Positions 1 to 14,304 of a DNA stretch of 64,000 nucleotides are shown here, piece after piece. A program made the translations under genes and the position numbers. The notes beneath the pieces were generated by a model that was given only the letters and a program-made list of their open reading frames with translations, made no database searches and was not told the DNA's origin. The DNA is taken from assembly GCA_028023455.1 (NCBI GenBank), contig JAQFVV010000003.1, positions 8,742,001 to 8,806,000 on the forward strand, given 5' to 3'. Each line of letters starts with the position of its first letter. Positions within the stretch are counted from its first letter, which is position 1. Origin of the DNA: Epiperipatus broadwayi. Lineage: Eukaryota > Animalia > Onychophora.

Positions 1-144
1 ATAATAATATTCAGAAGAATATATTCTTTTATATTTAAAAATAAAACGTTTCTGTAAAAAATAAATATGTAAGAATTTTCAATAAAGCAAGTCATATATA
101 ATAACATGACATTGCTTTTATAAGCTTGTATTTACAAAAATCTA

Positions 145-343
145 ATACAGAGAGCATACCAATAGCTCAAAAAGCTCTTAATTGATAAGTGCAGTAAGAG
201 AAAATATTTAAAATCTCTATTCAAAATACTCTTATCCTCAGACCAATTGGTGATATGAGTATTTTGGATAGATATTTTAAATATTTTCTCTTACTGCACT
301 TATCAATTAAGAGCTTGTTTGAGCTATTGGTACGCTCTCTGTA
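145..343. repeat. Near-perfect long inverted repeat (hairpin, arms about 85 bp)
   Basis: atacagagagcataccaatagctcaaaaagctcttaattgataagtgcagtaagagaaaatatttaaaat... is mirrored by ...attttaaatattttctcttactgcacttatcaattaagagcttgtttgagctattggtacgctctctgtat around a ~25-nt spacer. Confidence 0.9.
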
Positions 344-714
344 TCATATGTAATAATATATATTTTCGATTTCTAATAATTATTACACACAATACAAAAA
401 TAATCATAAACTTTCCAAAAAAATCAAGTTTTAGACCATCAAAATATTTTCTCAAAGTAATCTCACAAAGTTTGAGATCGTGAAATATATAAATGAAACC
501 CATCATCTTGGAACTTAAGAAACTTTGAAGACCCACATATTCGATTTTCCTGCCATCTTTTACATTTTTTATATTTAAAATATTAGAAAAATAATATACA
601 TGAATTTTAAACCTGTAAAAAATATTAGCAACATTTCTCAATAGAGGGCGAAAAACAAATTTAATTTCTAGATTTCTTAGACGTGGGTCCATCACTTGGA
701 TAAATTGCTTGGTT

Positions 715-1600
715 AATCTTTTATATACCTTTTCTGAATATGGAATAGACATCCATTTACTATCTCTATACTTATTCCTATTATTGTCATTTATTCTACA
801 AATTTTATTATCAAAAATCCTTCAACTTACTTTCCTTTTGTAACCTATTTTTACATAATCATTTTCCATCTTTAATTTCTATTTATATGCTTCTTTTTTA
901 CATAATGTTATTCTATCATTCTTTAATTTAAATTCATTTAAAACTTCCATTTTCTGAATTTAAATTAAAGAATCATAGAATAATGTTAGATTAAAAAAAA
1001 GACATAAATCAAAATTAAAGATGGAAAATGATTATGTAAAAATATGTTACAAAAGGAAAGCAATTAGAAGGATTTTTGATAATAAAGTAGATAGAATAAA
1101 TGAGAATAATAACAATAAGTATAGAGATAGTAAATGGATGTCTATTCCATATTCAAAAAAGGTATATAAAAGATTAACAAAAGAAAAATTGTTGAATAAT
1201 GTAAAAATCAGCTTGGAAAAACAATGTCTTTAGATAAATGGTGAAATAATGCAAAAGAGTTAAATGATGTTAATAGTAAGGTGGGACTAGTTTATAAAAT
1301 TAGCTGTGGAAAATGCACTACTATATATATATATAGGACAGACAGGAAGAATGGCAATTGAGAGAGATAAAGAACATGATTGAATCATTAATAGAAGAGA
1401 TGAGATCAGGCTTATATTTGCATTATTTGGCTACAGAGCATAAAATGAAATGTGAAAAAAATATAAGTGCTTACTATAAGAGAATGTATTATAAAACATT
1501 GTATATTTAAGAAAACATAGACAATTATGTAAACGTAGTAAAAGGTTCAGCAAAATTAGGAGGAAAATGAAAGCATTATTAAATTGTTGGAAAATGTAGG
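715..1600 (+). mobile_element. Decayed Penelope-like element (GIY-YIG endonuclease region) with inverted duplication
   Basis: The + strand reads SIPYSKKVYKRL, then GLVYKISCGKC..YIGQTGR....KEH (about 1280-1380, frameshifted by a TA expansion), then SGLYLHYLATEH. The stretch at about 1010-1190 is repeated inverted at about 715-900 (ORF 324..752 starts SIPYSEKVYKRL), giving an imperfect hairpin centred near 943. Confidence 0.75.
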
Positions 1601-2345
1601 AAATTGATTGTAAAGTTATAAATAACATTTTTAAAAGATATAAACTATGTATTCAATTATTATTATTTTAGAAAAAAATTGTAAAAAAAATATTATTTAT
1701 AATTATAGATATAAAAAAAATTTAATTTTAATTTATTTAATTGAATATTGTATATATATTGTTACCGTACGGTCTATTTATCTTTAAGTGTGTGTGTGTT
1801 TACATATACCGACTTTGTCTCGGTATAATATGTAAGATGTAAACTATGTTAAATTTGTTTATTTATTTATTTGATTAAAATATATAAGTATGTGATTAAA
1901 ATAATACAATTTAATGTAAATAATATCCACTACATGGAGTATATATAGTTAATTGGTTATCTGAATTGTATATTATAATATATTGAGAAAGTCTCAATGG
2001 AGATGAAAGCCAGTTCGATAAATATTATAATATAGTTATTAAAAGTTGTTTATTTCAATCTTGTTTTGAATGATTATTTATTTATGTATTTGTAACAACA
2101 TAATGGGCAAATAAATTATTTTGGATATTTGACTACTATAGCAATTCAGATTTAAACTCCATGTCATAGTAAGAAAAACAGATGTATTAATAATTGTTAG
2201 AGGCTTTTTACATCTTTAAAATTATGAAGATCCAAAATATCTGATTTCTTTAATTATAGCTTCTATAAACATTTTAAAAATCTTTCTTCAATCACCCTAT
2301 TCAGATAAAAAACAGCTTTTTTTGAACAATTAAACATTTATGTCC

Positions 2346-2382
<37 letters not shown>

Positions 2383-2550
2383 GGGACAAAGGCTTCATGT
2401 ATTGAACAGAATGGGTGCTTTCATAGAAGAATTCATTAAAAAGTTCAAAAACTTTAAATAAAATTCAATTTTAAAAATTCACTAAAATATGTACATATTC
2501 AACGTCACAAAATCAATCCAACAAGTTACACATATAAACATAAAAAAAAT

Positions 2551-3063
2551 TCTCTAAACTATTTTGTCAAACATAAAAAAGAAGAATGAACAATTCAAAC
2601 TCATTGTTTTTTGTATGGAATTTCTATTGACTTTCAATTTTTTTACCAATAATTGAATTGTTTTTATATAAGGCAAATAATGAGTTTGACTATCACATTA
2701 TTAGTTGATTATAAGAAGTACAAACAATGTTAAAGTTAAAACTTAAGAATGCTAAAAGCATTTGGAAAATAAAAATATCTTGATAATGCATTATCTATAC
2801 TTAAACTAGCCATAATTTTTCTCTAAGCTATTTTGTCAAACATAAAAAAGAAGAATAAACAATTCAAACTCATTACTTTTTGTATTGAATTTCTGTTAAC
2901 TTTCAATTTTTTTTAACCAACATTTGGACTATTTTTATATAAGGCAAATAATGAGTTTGACCATTGCATTATTTGCATTATTTGTTGATTATAAAAAGTT
3001 CAAACAATGCTAAAATATAATAATAACTTAAGAATATTAAAAGCATTTAGAAAATAAAAATAT
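2551..3063. repeat. Direct duplication with ~270-bp period
   Basis: ctattttgtcaaacataaaaaagaagaat...gcatt(t)ggaaaataaaaatat occurs at about 2551-2779 and about 2821-3063. Confidence 0.85.
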
Positions 3064-3497
3064 TGGTAAGAGAGTTCAATATTTTTCTAGATGTATGTAA
3101 TATATATACATATATATATTAGCTATTATGTAAAAATTATTGTGGCAAGTAAAATAAAAGAGTATGTAGTGTGCTTCCACTCCTAAAAAGTCATCCTTCA
3201 TCACTGATATATATCAGCAACCTCTTCTATACACATAATGCAATATAATATTTAATTTAATTTTCCAAGACAGCTATAGTTCAGACTTTCCAACAATCTT
3301 TCTCAAAATAATAAATGCACAATTATAACAAAAATTATTATAAATACATATTAAAATACACATTAAAACTGCAGCTCCCCCAGAAAAAAAATAATTATTA
3401 AATTTGTGCTTGAAAATATCAGTAATATAATAATTATTCAATATTTTACATAATTATTATATAAATACAACTAATAAAGCCCCCCCCCTTTAGTCCA

Positions 3498-3590
3498 GCA
3501 TTGGTGGCCTAGTGGTTAGCATAGCTTCCTTCCAAGCAGTTGGCCTGGATTCGCTTCCTGGTCAACGCTTTGACATATGAAAAAAAAAAA
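3498..3590 (+). pseudogene. tRNA-Gly(TCC)-derived pseudogene or SINE copy with poly(A) tail
   Basis: GCATTGGTGGCCTAGTGGTTAGCATAGCTTCCTTCCAAGCAGTTGGCCTGGATTCGCTTCCTGGTCAACGC (3498-3568) aligns with metazoan tRNA-Gly(TCC), but the T-arm is damaged (TTCGCTT, loss of A58) and there is no T-run terminator. It is followed by TTTGACATATG and an A-run. AATAAAGC at 3473-3480 and 3601-3608 may be a target-site duplication. Confidence 0.8.
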
Positions 3591-6104
3591 GGAAAAATAA
3601 AATAAAGCAACCCTGCTTGAAAATTTCATAAGTCACCACTGCATTCAACCTACTTTTAATATTTCCTATATAGCATGTATTTTTACAACCTTAATATACA
3701 GTATTTTGAAAAAAATATTATTTTTAAAATACTGTACTACTACAACTGTTATTAAATCTTTTTTATATCAATTAAAATCATAACAATTTATACATTTATC
3801 TATAATTATCATTTAGTTTTTTTTGAAAATTATTAATTTTTCTAATTTTTTTTTCACTACTTAAAACTATTTAAATTATTAAAGAATAAAAAATGAATAA
3901 AAAAGAATATGACAAAAAACCATCTTCTGATGTCTCTCTAAGTCATAACTTTCTAGTTATATGCATCCCATAATATTATAAATATTATTTTATAATGAAT
4001 CTTAGACATAAGATGCTATAATTATTGTTGATATTAAGTGGAATGTAGTAACAAACTATTAATAGTGACGATTACCACTTTTCTGTGCCAAAAGATTTCA
4101 CTCAGTGACATTTTTTTTTTTTTTTTTAAATTTGCTTTTAGCCATATTTATCATTTTTCAAATAGCACAGCACTTTCATATGACTAAAACAAATATAAAA
4201 ACCCATAACTCCAGTTTACACAGTACTTTTCAGGAACAAACTGTTTATATTATTCCAGTCCTACCATCCACTTTATAAACTTATAATCAATAGATATCAG
4301 ATGACACTGCATAGAGATTTAATAAGCATTGCCATCTAACATCTATTAATTTCTCAAGCTTATAATGAATAGTGTAACTGGAGTAGGATAAATAGTTACT
4401 CCAAATGAATATTAGTGATTGGCTGTGGCATTGTTTAAAGATAACAATTATTTATAAATACATGCAGTTGATCTCTGGATATGCATTAAAAACCAGTTAC
4501 ATCATCCTACACTATAATATTCAAAATATCCAACAAAACAATAAAATCAAAACGATAACCCACTTATATATATATCAGTACTAATATCCTTTTTTTTTTT
4601 TTTATTGAATCCCTTGTCTACTATTTTTCATAATCTAAAAAAGAAACACAAATAACTAAACCAGTTTTAATTTTAACAATTTTTTGTTGTTGTTGTTGTT
4701 TTTATCATTACAGTAAATAAAGGGTTAAACTCGACAAAATATTATAAAAGAGAGAGCTGATTATTTGAATCTTAGAGAAGTTTTTCATTTTCTATTTGCA
4801 CTTTATTTTGCAGGCTGAAAGAAAAAGGGTTTGAAAGGGCACAAATCTTTAGATGTATTTTTAGCAGTCAGTAATACCCTCTAAGGGTTTTATAAACTTA
4901 TAACTGCTCGTCCCCTTTTCATTTTGAATTTATCCCCACTTAATACTATACTATTTTATCAAAATATTTTTAAGAGATACTTCAGATAAATTATATTATT
5001 TTTATAAAATGTTTTATATTTATATAATATTACTATAGATAAAAGGAAATCTATAGGAATAAATCTAATACTATGTATATATAAATTTATAATTTCAACA
5101 AAATCTACGTATTATTCTTTATAAATTAATAATAAATTAGATGAAGAGAAATAAAATAAATAACTAATAAGAATATTAGTTAGTCAAGAAAAATATGACT
5201 TTATCAGATTGGAATCGAATTTTTTTTTTTTTAAAAAAAGATACAAATGTCTAGGAGGAAATCGTCTTATTTTGATTACATTATATCCCCTGAATTCGGT
5301 GATTTTTGAAATGACAGTTTGGTTATAAATTTTTTACTTATAAAATTTACAGTGGATTATTTTATTAGACGGCAGTGGAATATTCGATGTGCGTTGATCT
5401 TTGTAATGTCATATTTTATCTATGTGATTTTGTATGTTTGAATACAATTCTTTGGAAAGTTTGTTGGTCCTTCTCAATGAGAGCTGATTTATATATATAG
5501 TTGTTTCCATTTGGGTTTATTTTTTCATCATTAGTATTATAATTAAAAAATATAATTTTATTATTAAGTTGCTCTGCAGATTATGTGACATTAAAGCAGT
5601 GAAACTGAATTTTGATGCAGAGGCGAAATCAATGAATGAGATTTTCCAAGGAAATTACATTTTTTTATCAAATTTGGACTTTGATTGTCCATCTAATTAA
5701 TACCCAACTGTTTGACATTGTTTAAATTTGTCAGATCCTATATTTATTTTCCATTGATTATGGATCTGATACAATTTCTTTTTAGATACTAGAGTTTTAT
5801 TTATAAAAAAATATTGCATTGCTATGTCTTTATTTTTCTGCTACCTATTGCGAAAAACATAGTGCTAATATGATAGGGAAAATCCCATGTATAGTATTTT
5901 AACCTTTTGATATTTTAGTGTATATATTTGCTTCTTAAGCTCCATTTTATGTAAATAAAAGCTCCAAATAAGTATATTTATCATTCACTTTTTTATATTT
6001 GCTTTGGTTGCTGGATTTTACTTTCTATAACTAAATATCTCATTTTATCTACATGTAATTTCAAACTCCATCATTTGTATGACTCAGTTACTTTTATTGT
6101 CATA

Positions 6105-6330
6105 CAGTCTATATCATAGGTTCCCACACTTTTTAGGCCACCACCCCATTTGCAAGACATAAATTTTGTATTGCCCTCCCTCCAAGTATAACAGTTTTCC
6201 ACATTCAATCTGTTTGATATTTTTATGTAAATAGCAACTAATGATACTGTACCCGATGATGTCTACTCCATAATTCATGCAATGCACCCAAGACATAACA
6301 TGACTGTCATGCATCATAATAAGGCATCAA
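6105..6330 (-). mobile_element. Possible Tc1/mariner remnant
   Basis: A minus-strand GGQYKIY resembles the GGxTKY C-terminus of Tc1 transposases and lies next to a TIR-like GGTGGCCTAAAAAGTGTGGGAAC. Very degenerate. Confidence 0.3.
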
Positions 6331-6633
6331 CATAAACTCAATATCAATAACAAAACAAAACAAAAAAAAATGTAAAGTTATTAAATTTAAGTTTAAATGA
6401 GTGAAATCAAACCGAAATCGATTATATTTCCTGATTTTTTCCTATCCAAAACTCTAATACCCTGCTAATTGGTATCACAAAGTTTTAGGTGGTTATATCT
6501 TTGAAAGGCTGAACATAACTCTCACTTTTATGTGCCACTTTCAAGAAGATAAAAATACTTTCAAAAAGGAAAACAAAAAATATAAAAAAACCCAAATCAG
6601 CAGGTCAATAAATTTTCAGTAATCACATACAGA

Positions 6634-8957
<2,324 letters not shown>

Positions 8958-9142
8958 AGGCACCAGAGGTCGCCTCTAGCTTACCGCTCGTTCAGAACGT
9001 GCTTCTCAATCTATTAAAATATCATAAAATATACCGATTACAGGTAAGAGTTTTATATCTCTAATAACTATAAAATAGAAAACTAATAGATTAATTAAAA
9101 AAAGAAGAGAAATACAAAAAGGCAACACAGATTGATTGCATA

Positions 9143-10483
9143 ATGGACTTAGATGTCCAACATCCAGCCATGATGTCTGTCAGCTCAGACACGTTTAAAA
9201 GTTCTTATGCACAAGTTGCAAAATTACCATCAACGGTTATAAAAAAAAGTGAAAATAATACGCGATTGTTTTTCTCAAGGAAAACGCAGCTAGCGCCTAG
9301 ATTTCACCGTTCTACAGCAGGAGATCTGATGAAACTAGATCTTACCCCAAAAACCACTGAAACCTACGTTAACACAATAAAAGAGCCTTGGTCTAATGAT
9401 AGCCTTAATAAAATATCTGAAGTGTTTAACCAGACGATCCCTAGGGAACTCTTCAATTCATTTAAACGTTTTTTCACTGAACGCTCCATTGTCATAGCAA
9501 TTACAGATAGAAACTGTTCGCTATATAGATTCCCTAAGGAGCTTCTATTCGAAGAGATAAATAATAAAAAACTATGGAATTTGATAGTTCGCGTGGGAGA
9601 TCATCCGAATCCGCGTTATCTGGCTATTGAATTTGTAAACGAAGAAAGCAAAGAATTGTTCCGACAAGAAATGAAAACTCTGGGGCAATACACATTAGTT
9701 GTAGTCAATCCCAACAGAGAAAACTTTATTACTGGTTTAATTAAAAAAACTTACCTAGGTTACTCAGAAACAGATTTCATTAAACTTATGAAACCATTCG
9801 GGAAGGTGATAGATTTTCAGCCTTTACAGATTAAAAATACACCCATCCCAATATTTAGTAATAATTATAGATTTAAAGTAAAACTGGGAGAGAACATTAA
9901 TCCCGAAAATATTCCAACACAAGTTGCAGATGAAGAAGCGACATTATTTCTTGTTATAAACGGTCTAAAACCGCAATGCTTTCATTGCAAAGAACGCGGT
10001 CATCTTATTAGTAACTGTCCGGCTTTATATTGTAATAATTGTAATATGAGCGCATCCCCCTTACATCAATGCCCAAAAGAAGACTTTCATAGTAATCAAG
10101 AAGTGACTGTAGATGAAGATGTGCAATCGACAGACCATAATATTGAGGGAAAAAATGATATTAACATTACCAATAGTGGAAATGTGATTCTACATACTAC
10201 AGGGTCCGATAGCATTGAAGTTTCCTCCTCTCCTAATCCGGAAATCTCACCCCCTCTTAATAAAACATCTCTCAAAATAATGGAATCGCTCGCAGTGTTG
10301 CCGCCCCTACAAATTCTAGAAACTCCTCAAATCACTAGAAAACCAGGTCGGCCACCTAAAAAAAAATCAGGTAATAATCCCAAGAAACTCATGGCTCTAG
10401 AATGTGAAAGTAGTGATAATGATTCCCCTCCTCCAGTCTCTAGAAAAAAGCTAACATCACGCAAAGTTACAATGCCTCTCTAA
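9143..10483 (+). CDS. ORF1p, gag-like nucleic-acid-binding protein (RRM-like region, CCHC zinc knuckle, low-complexity basic C-terminus)
   Basis: 446 aa. N-terminal SYAQVAK, an RRM-like segment (MKPFGKVIDF...NYRFKVKL), the knuckle CFHCKERGHLISNC followed by a second Cys/His cluster CNNC...HQC, and RKPGRPPKKK near the C-terminus. This matches L1/Tx1 ORF1 architecture. Confidence 0.88.
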   Translation: MDLDVQHPAMMSVSSDTFKSSYAQVAKLPSTVIKKSENNTRLFFSRKTQLAPRFHRSTAGDLMKLDLTPKTTETYVNTIKEPWSNDSLNKISEVFNQTIPRELFNSFKRFFTERSIVIAITDRNCSLYRFPKELLFEEINNKKLWNLIVRVGDHPNPRYLAIEFVNEESKELFRQEMKTLGQYTLVVVNPNRENFITGLIKKTYLGYSETDFIKLMKPFGKVIDFQPLQIKNTPIPIFSNNYRFKVKLGENINPENIPTQVADEEATLFLVINGLKPQCFHCKERGHLISNCPALYCNNCNMSASPLHQCPKEDFHSNQEVTVDEDVQSTDHNIEGKNDINITNSGNVILHTTGSDSIEVSSSPNPEISPPLNKTSLKIMESLAVLPPLQILETPQITRKPGRPPKKKSGNNPKKLMALECESSDNDSPPPVSRKKLTSRKVTMPL

Positions 10484-10760
10484 TTGCCACATACTCATCA
10501 GAAAATAGTCCAATGGAAGAGGAAACTGATTGTATTACAAACATAAATAAAGTTTCACTTGAAAACCCATTCACAGACAGGAAAATGAGATCCAATGATA
10601 TTTCTCTCAAATCTACAGACAATAATTGAACAATGCATATTTATTGATCCATTAAAATATACTACAGATTTCCTTATTAAAATATTTAACTTTATTTTAG
10701 AATAAAACTTTCCTATGCTAGGCTTAGATTCTGATATATACGCGCACACACATACAAATA

Positions 10761-13700
10761 ATGGATATTAAAATAGGAGTTTTTAATGTTAGAGGGTTAA
10801 ACTCCCCACAAAAAATTGACCTCCTCGCTAAATGGTACGACATTGTTAAACCGCAGATAATGGGCATTATCGAAACAAAAATCTACAGTGGCTCATTAAT
10901 CAACCCTACAGACAAGCTAAATTCCAAGGGCTTTACAGCCTTCTCAAACACATCTGACACTCCATCAGCGGGTACAGGCATCATCATTGATAAAGCCTGC
11001 CCATTTAGTTCTTTCAAAATCCTACATATTGATGCACACTTGCTGATAATTACATTCACTCATAAAGCCATTACCTTAAACATAGCAATTGTTTATATCC
11101 CCCCAGGTCCCACTATTATAAATAGAATTATACAAACACTTAACTCTAGGTTCATAAATGCTATGTATCCGATGATTATTTTGGGAGATTTCAACATGAC
11201 ATATCAGACCTTCACCGGCAAATGGTTACATCAGCTGTCCTTTCCGATGATGAGTGGAAGAGGCTTTCTGCCGGAGAAGGCCGTGTCATTTAACAATGGT
11301 AGACATTCATCACTTATAGATCTGGTTTTCTATTCGCCATCATTACATAACATGATATGCATTCAATTAAAGAATTCCCCCCTCTCTGATCATGCAGCTG
11401 TTTTAGTGTCACTGGAAATTAATTTTGATAATAGAACAACAATTAATACAGGAAGAACCATCAGAGTTCTACTACCATCACGCACACCAGAATATCTTTT
11501 TTCAGAAGTATACATATATCTACACAAGTTGAAGAATATTACAATGGATCCAGTCCAAGCATGGTGTGCTTTTACTAACCTGCTTTCATTTAATATTGAT
11601 CATCTTACCAGGACAACAACATCCCCAACAAAACTACTAAAGCTTATGGATGATACCTATAAAAAAATTATTGGCACTTCTCAATCAAATCTCGATCGTC
11701 CCTGTCTGATGGCATTAAAGAAGACATATCAAGAGTTAACAAACCAGCTTAAAGAATATATCTCCATTAAAAAGAAAAGGTTATATTTAAATAAGCCACA
11801 CATGTATACCAGAAACTTCATTAGATGGGCGCTAGGCCACCCCTCCCAGGTGCGAGTCCCAGCAGCTATTAAAGTTCAAACTGAAATTGTCTATGGAGAT
11901 TTTATGTTGGAGCGGCTTTACATATTGTATAGAGAAAAATTCCAGAGGGTATCCTCTCCAAGTCTAATGGCCTTTTCACAAGATAGATCAGAAAATGAAT
12001 TTAAAATTTCTTTAAAAGATTTCATTAAAAAAATAGAAGCGATGCCAGATTCATGTCATCCTGGCATAGATGGAATTCCCAAGTTTGTATACAAACATAT
12101 TGATAAAATCGCTGCACAATATATGCTTAACCTAGTCTCCTACCTCACTAAAGGCATCTATAAAATACAGGGCTTAAATCAAATTATGCTTGTGCCATTT
12201 ATGAAAAAGAAACAATTAATCTCAAACACCTCTAACCTATGTCCAATTTCAATGTGCTCCCTTGGCATAAAGATAATAGAATCAGTGATAAAAGATAAAA
12301 TAGAGCCATTCATTTTGCCAAACCTATCAAAAATGCAATTTGCCAAAAAAGAATCCTCAACAGGACAGGCAGCCTTTCTATTCAAGTCAACTATAGAAAC
12401 TGTTAGAGATAATAAAAAATACAGTCCAGTTGTTATTCAACTAGATATTGAAGCCGCTTTTGACATGATTTCCATCAGTACTCTTCTTAAAACTCTGCAA
12501 AAATACTCCGTTCCGAATGCATATCTAAACTTGCTTGCTAACTTGCTTTTAAACCGTGAGATTTATGTTTCCCTAAATGGGAAAACTTCACCACCAATAG
12601 TGCCACATCAGTCCATTCCTCAGGGCTCACCTCTCAGTGCCTTACTGTTCACTGCCTATATCAACCCTCTTATAAAAATAATAGAAAATGAATTTTCAGG
12701 AATCTACGTGCCCACCATCAATGACAACATCTCATGTATCGCATATATGGATGATATAGCAATATTTCTATCATCTCAAAAACAAATTCCCAAACTTCTT
12801 AAGATACTTAATAATTTTACAAAAGAATACAAGCTAACATTCAATATGGAGAAATCGTGTGCATGGCAGATCTTCACCGGTAATAGCATTAATAAAGTTT
12901 TCAAAGGTAGACCAAGCGCATTTCTTGGGTTCAACTTTTATTTACGACATTCACCTATGAGATCACTCATACAGAAAAATTTGATAGAGAAAGTGGAAAA
13001 GACTGTCAATTCACTCTCCAAAGCCTACCTCTCTCTATATACAAAAATGGCCTTGCTTAACATGCTAGTGATTACAAAAATCTCTTATTTTACTCCAACA
13101 ATCATTTATACCAAGGCATTTACAAATAAAATAGACTCCTTATGCAGAAAATTATTCTGGGGAAAAAAGATTATTTCAATATCAATAAAATGCCTAAGAA
13201 AACCCCTTTCACAAAATGGCCTTGGCCTTCACTCAATACATGTCTTCAGGATACAAAAAACATTGAACATAATATCTACATGTGCACAAAAATTCCCATA
13301 TTTAGAAATTGCTGCCAAGATTACCCCTACAGATAGACCACCTCCTCTCCAAAGATATCTGAACACACTACTTACACCATTATTAACAATTCACACTCTT
13401 AACTTTAAACCACCACAAGCCAAATATAAATATTGGGAAGTTTATCAACTTCTACATCCAAATCAAGATGATGTACAAACTCCACTTCATATTAATAATA
13501 AACAATTATGTCACAAATTCAAACTATGGTCACTTGAACCAAAATATTTTGACTTTCTCCTAAAGATAAATCTAGACTCGTTACCTACACAACACTTTTT
13601 GAAATATCAAAGAAACTATAAAGATATAGATGATATATGTAATCTTTGCCATAGGGACTCGGAGACACAAAACCACCTTTTTTTCTCATGCTCAAGTCTA

Positions 13701-13982
13701 GAAAACATTCGTGAAATTATTAGCACTTCACTCAAGGGTAAAAAAATCAATATGAAAACCCTTTTTGACTCTTTTAAAAGGGGTATCTTTGCTGAAATAA
13801 GAATCTGCACATTTTTACTCTATGCTTTATGGTGTACAAGGTGTAATTTCATATACAATTATAATCCCAGAAGACATCCAAACACGTTCAGAAATAAGCT
13901 GCAAACCATACGTGAAAGAGACATGAAGATTACAGATCAATCTAAGTACATTGACACCTGGAATATACAAGAACTTATATAA
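10761..13982 (+). CDS. ORF2p: APE-type endonuclease, reverse transcriptase and C-terminal zinc finger
   Basis: 1073 aa. APE motifs FNVRGLN, IIETK, VYIP, ILGDFN, LIDLVF, LSDH. RT motifs LCPIS, LDIEAAFD, PQGSPLS, AYMDD, FLGF. Zinc finger CNLCHRDSETQNHLFFSC. Confidence 0.95.
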   Translation: MDIKIGVFNVRGLNSPQKIDLLAKWYDIVKPQIMGIIETKIYSGSLINPTDKLNSKGFTAFSNTSDTPSAGTGIIIDKACPFSSFKILHIDAHLLIITFTHKAITLNIAIVYIPPGPTIINRIIQTLNSRFINAMYPMIILGDFNMTYQTFTGKWLHQLSFPMMSGRGFLPEKAVSFNNGRHSSLIDLVFYSPSLHNMICIQLKNSPLSDHAAVLVSLEINFDNRTTINTGRTIRVLLPSRTPEYLFSEVYIYLHKLKNITMDPVQAWCAFTNLLSFNIDHLTRTTTSPTKLLKLMDDTYKKIIGTSQSNLDRPCLMALKKTYQELTNQLKEYISIKKKRLYLNKPHMYTRNFIRWALGHPSQVRVPAAIKVQTEIVYGDFMLERLYILYREKFQRVSSPSLMAFSQDRSENEFKISLKDFIKKIEAMPDSCHPGIDGIPKFVYKHIDKIAAQYMLNLVSYLTKGIYKIQGLNQIMLVPFMKKKQLISNTSNLCPISMCSLGIKIIESVIKDKIEPFILPNLSKMQFAKKESSTGQAAFLFKSTIETVRDNKKYSPVVIQLDIEAAFDMISISTLLKTLQKYSVPNAYLNLLANLLLNREIYVSLNGKTSPPIVPHQSIPQGSPLSALLFTAYINPLIKIIENEFSGIYVPTINDNISCIAYMDDIAIFLSSQKQIPKLLKILNNFTKEYKLTFNMEKSCAWQIFTGNSINKVFKGRPSAFLGFNFYLRHSPMRSLIQKNLIEKVEKTVNSLSKAYLSLYTKMALLNMLVITKISYFTPTIIYTKAFTNKIDSLCRKLFWGKKIISISIKCLRKPLSQNGLGLHSIHVFRIQKTLNIISTCAQKFPYLEIAAKITPTDRPPPLQRYLNTLLTPLLTIHTLNFKPPQAKYKYWEVYQLLHPNQDDVQTPLHINNKQLCHKFKLWSLEPKYFDFLLKINLDSLPTQHFLKYQRNYKDIDDICNLCHRDSETQNHLFFSCSSLENIREIISTSLKGKKINMKTLFDSFKRGIFAEIRICTFLLYALWCTRCNFIYNYNPRRHPNTFRNKLQTIRERDMKITDQSKYIDTWNIQELI

Positions 13983-14304
13983 AAGCACTAACAAAAAAAA
14001 AAAAAAACTATATCTAACATGGATCCTTGTGCCAGTTCTAAAGTCAACTGACACAAACTAGATGCATTCCTGCTTTAATTTAATTGAAGTATATCTAATT
14101 GAATATTATCATATGATTGAGTGATCATCATTGATTTTGTTGAACTTTTTTTTCTTAGAGACTTCTAGTTTGATAATGCATACAGTTACTGATCAAATCA
14201 TTGTACATATGCAGTTTTGTGAAACTAATTTATATGTAAGAACTATGTGTCAAATGTAACTTGTATAACCTTTTAGAATACTAATAAAGTTTATCCTTTG
14301 AAAC

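Noticed and set aside
3498-3569. Functional tRNA-Gly gene
   Set aside because: T-loop and T-stem are damaged, there is no oligo-T terminator, and it shares a poly(A) tail with a second diverged copy. It is better explained as a retrocopy or SINE.
12179-14054. Small ORFs overlapping ORF2 (12179, 13142, 13616, 13827)
   Set aside because: Short alternative-frame or antisense ORFs expected by chance inside a long coding region, with no motifs.
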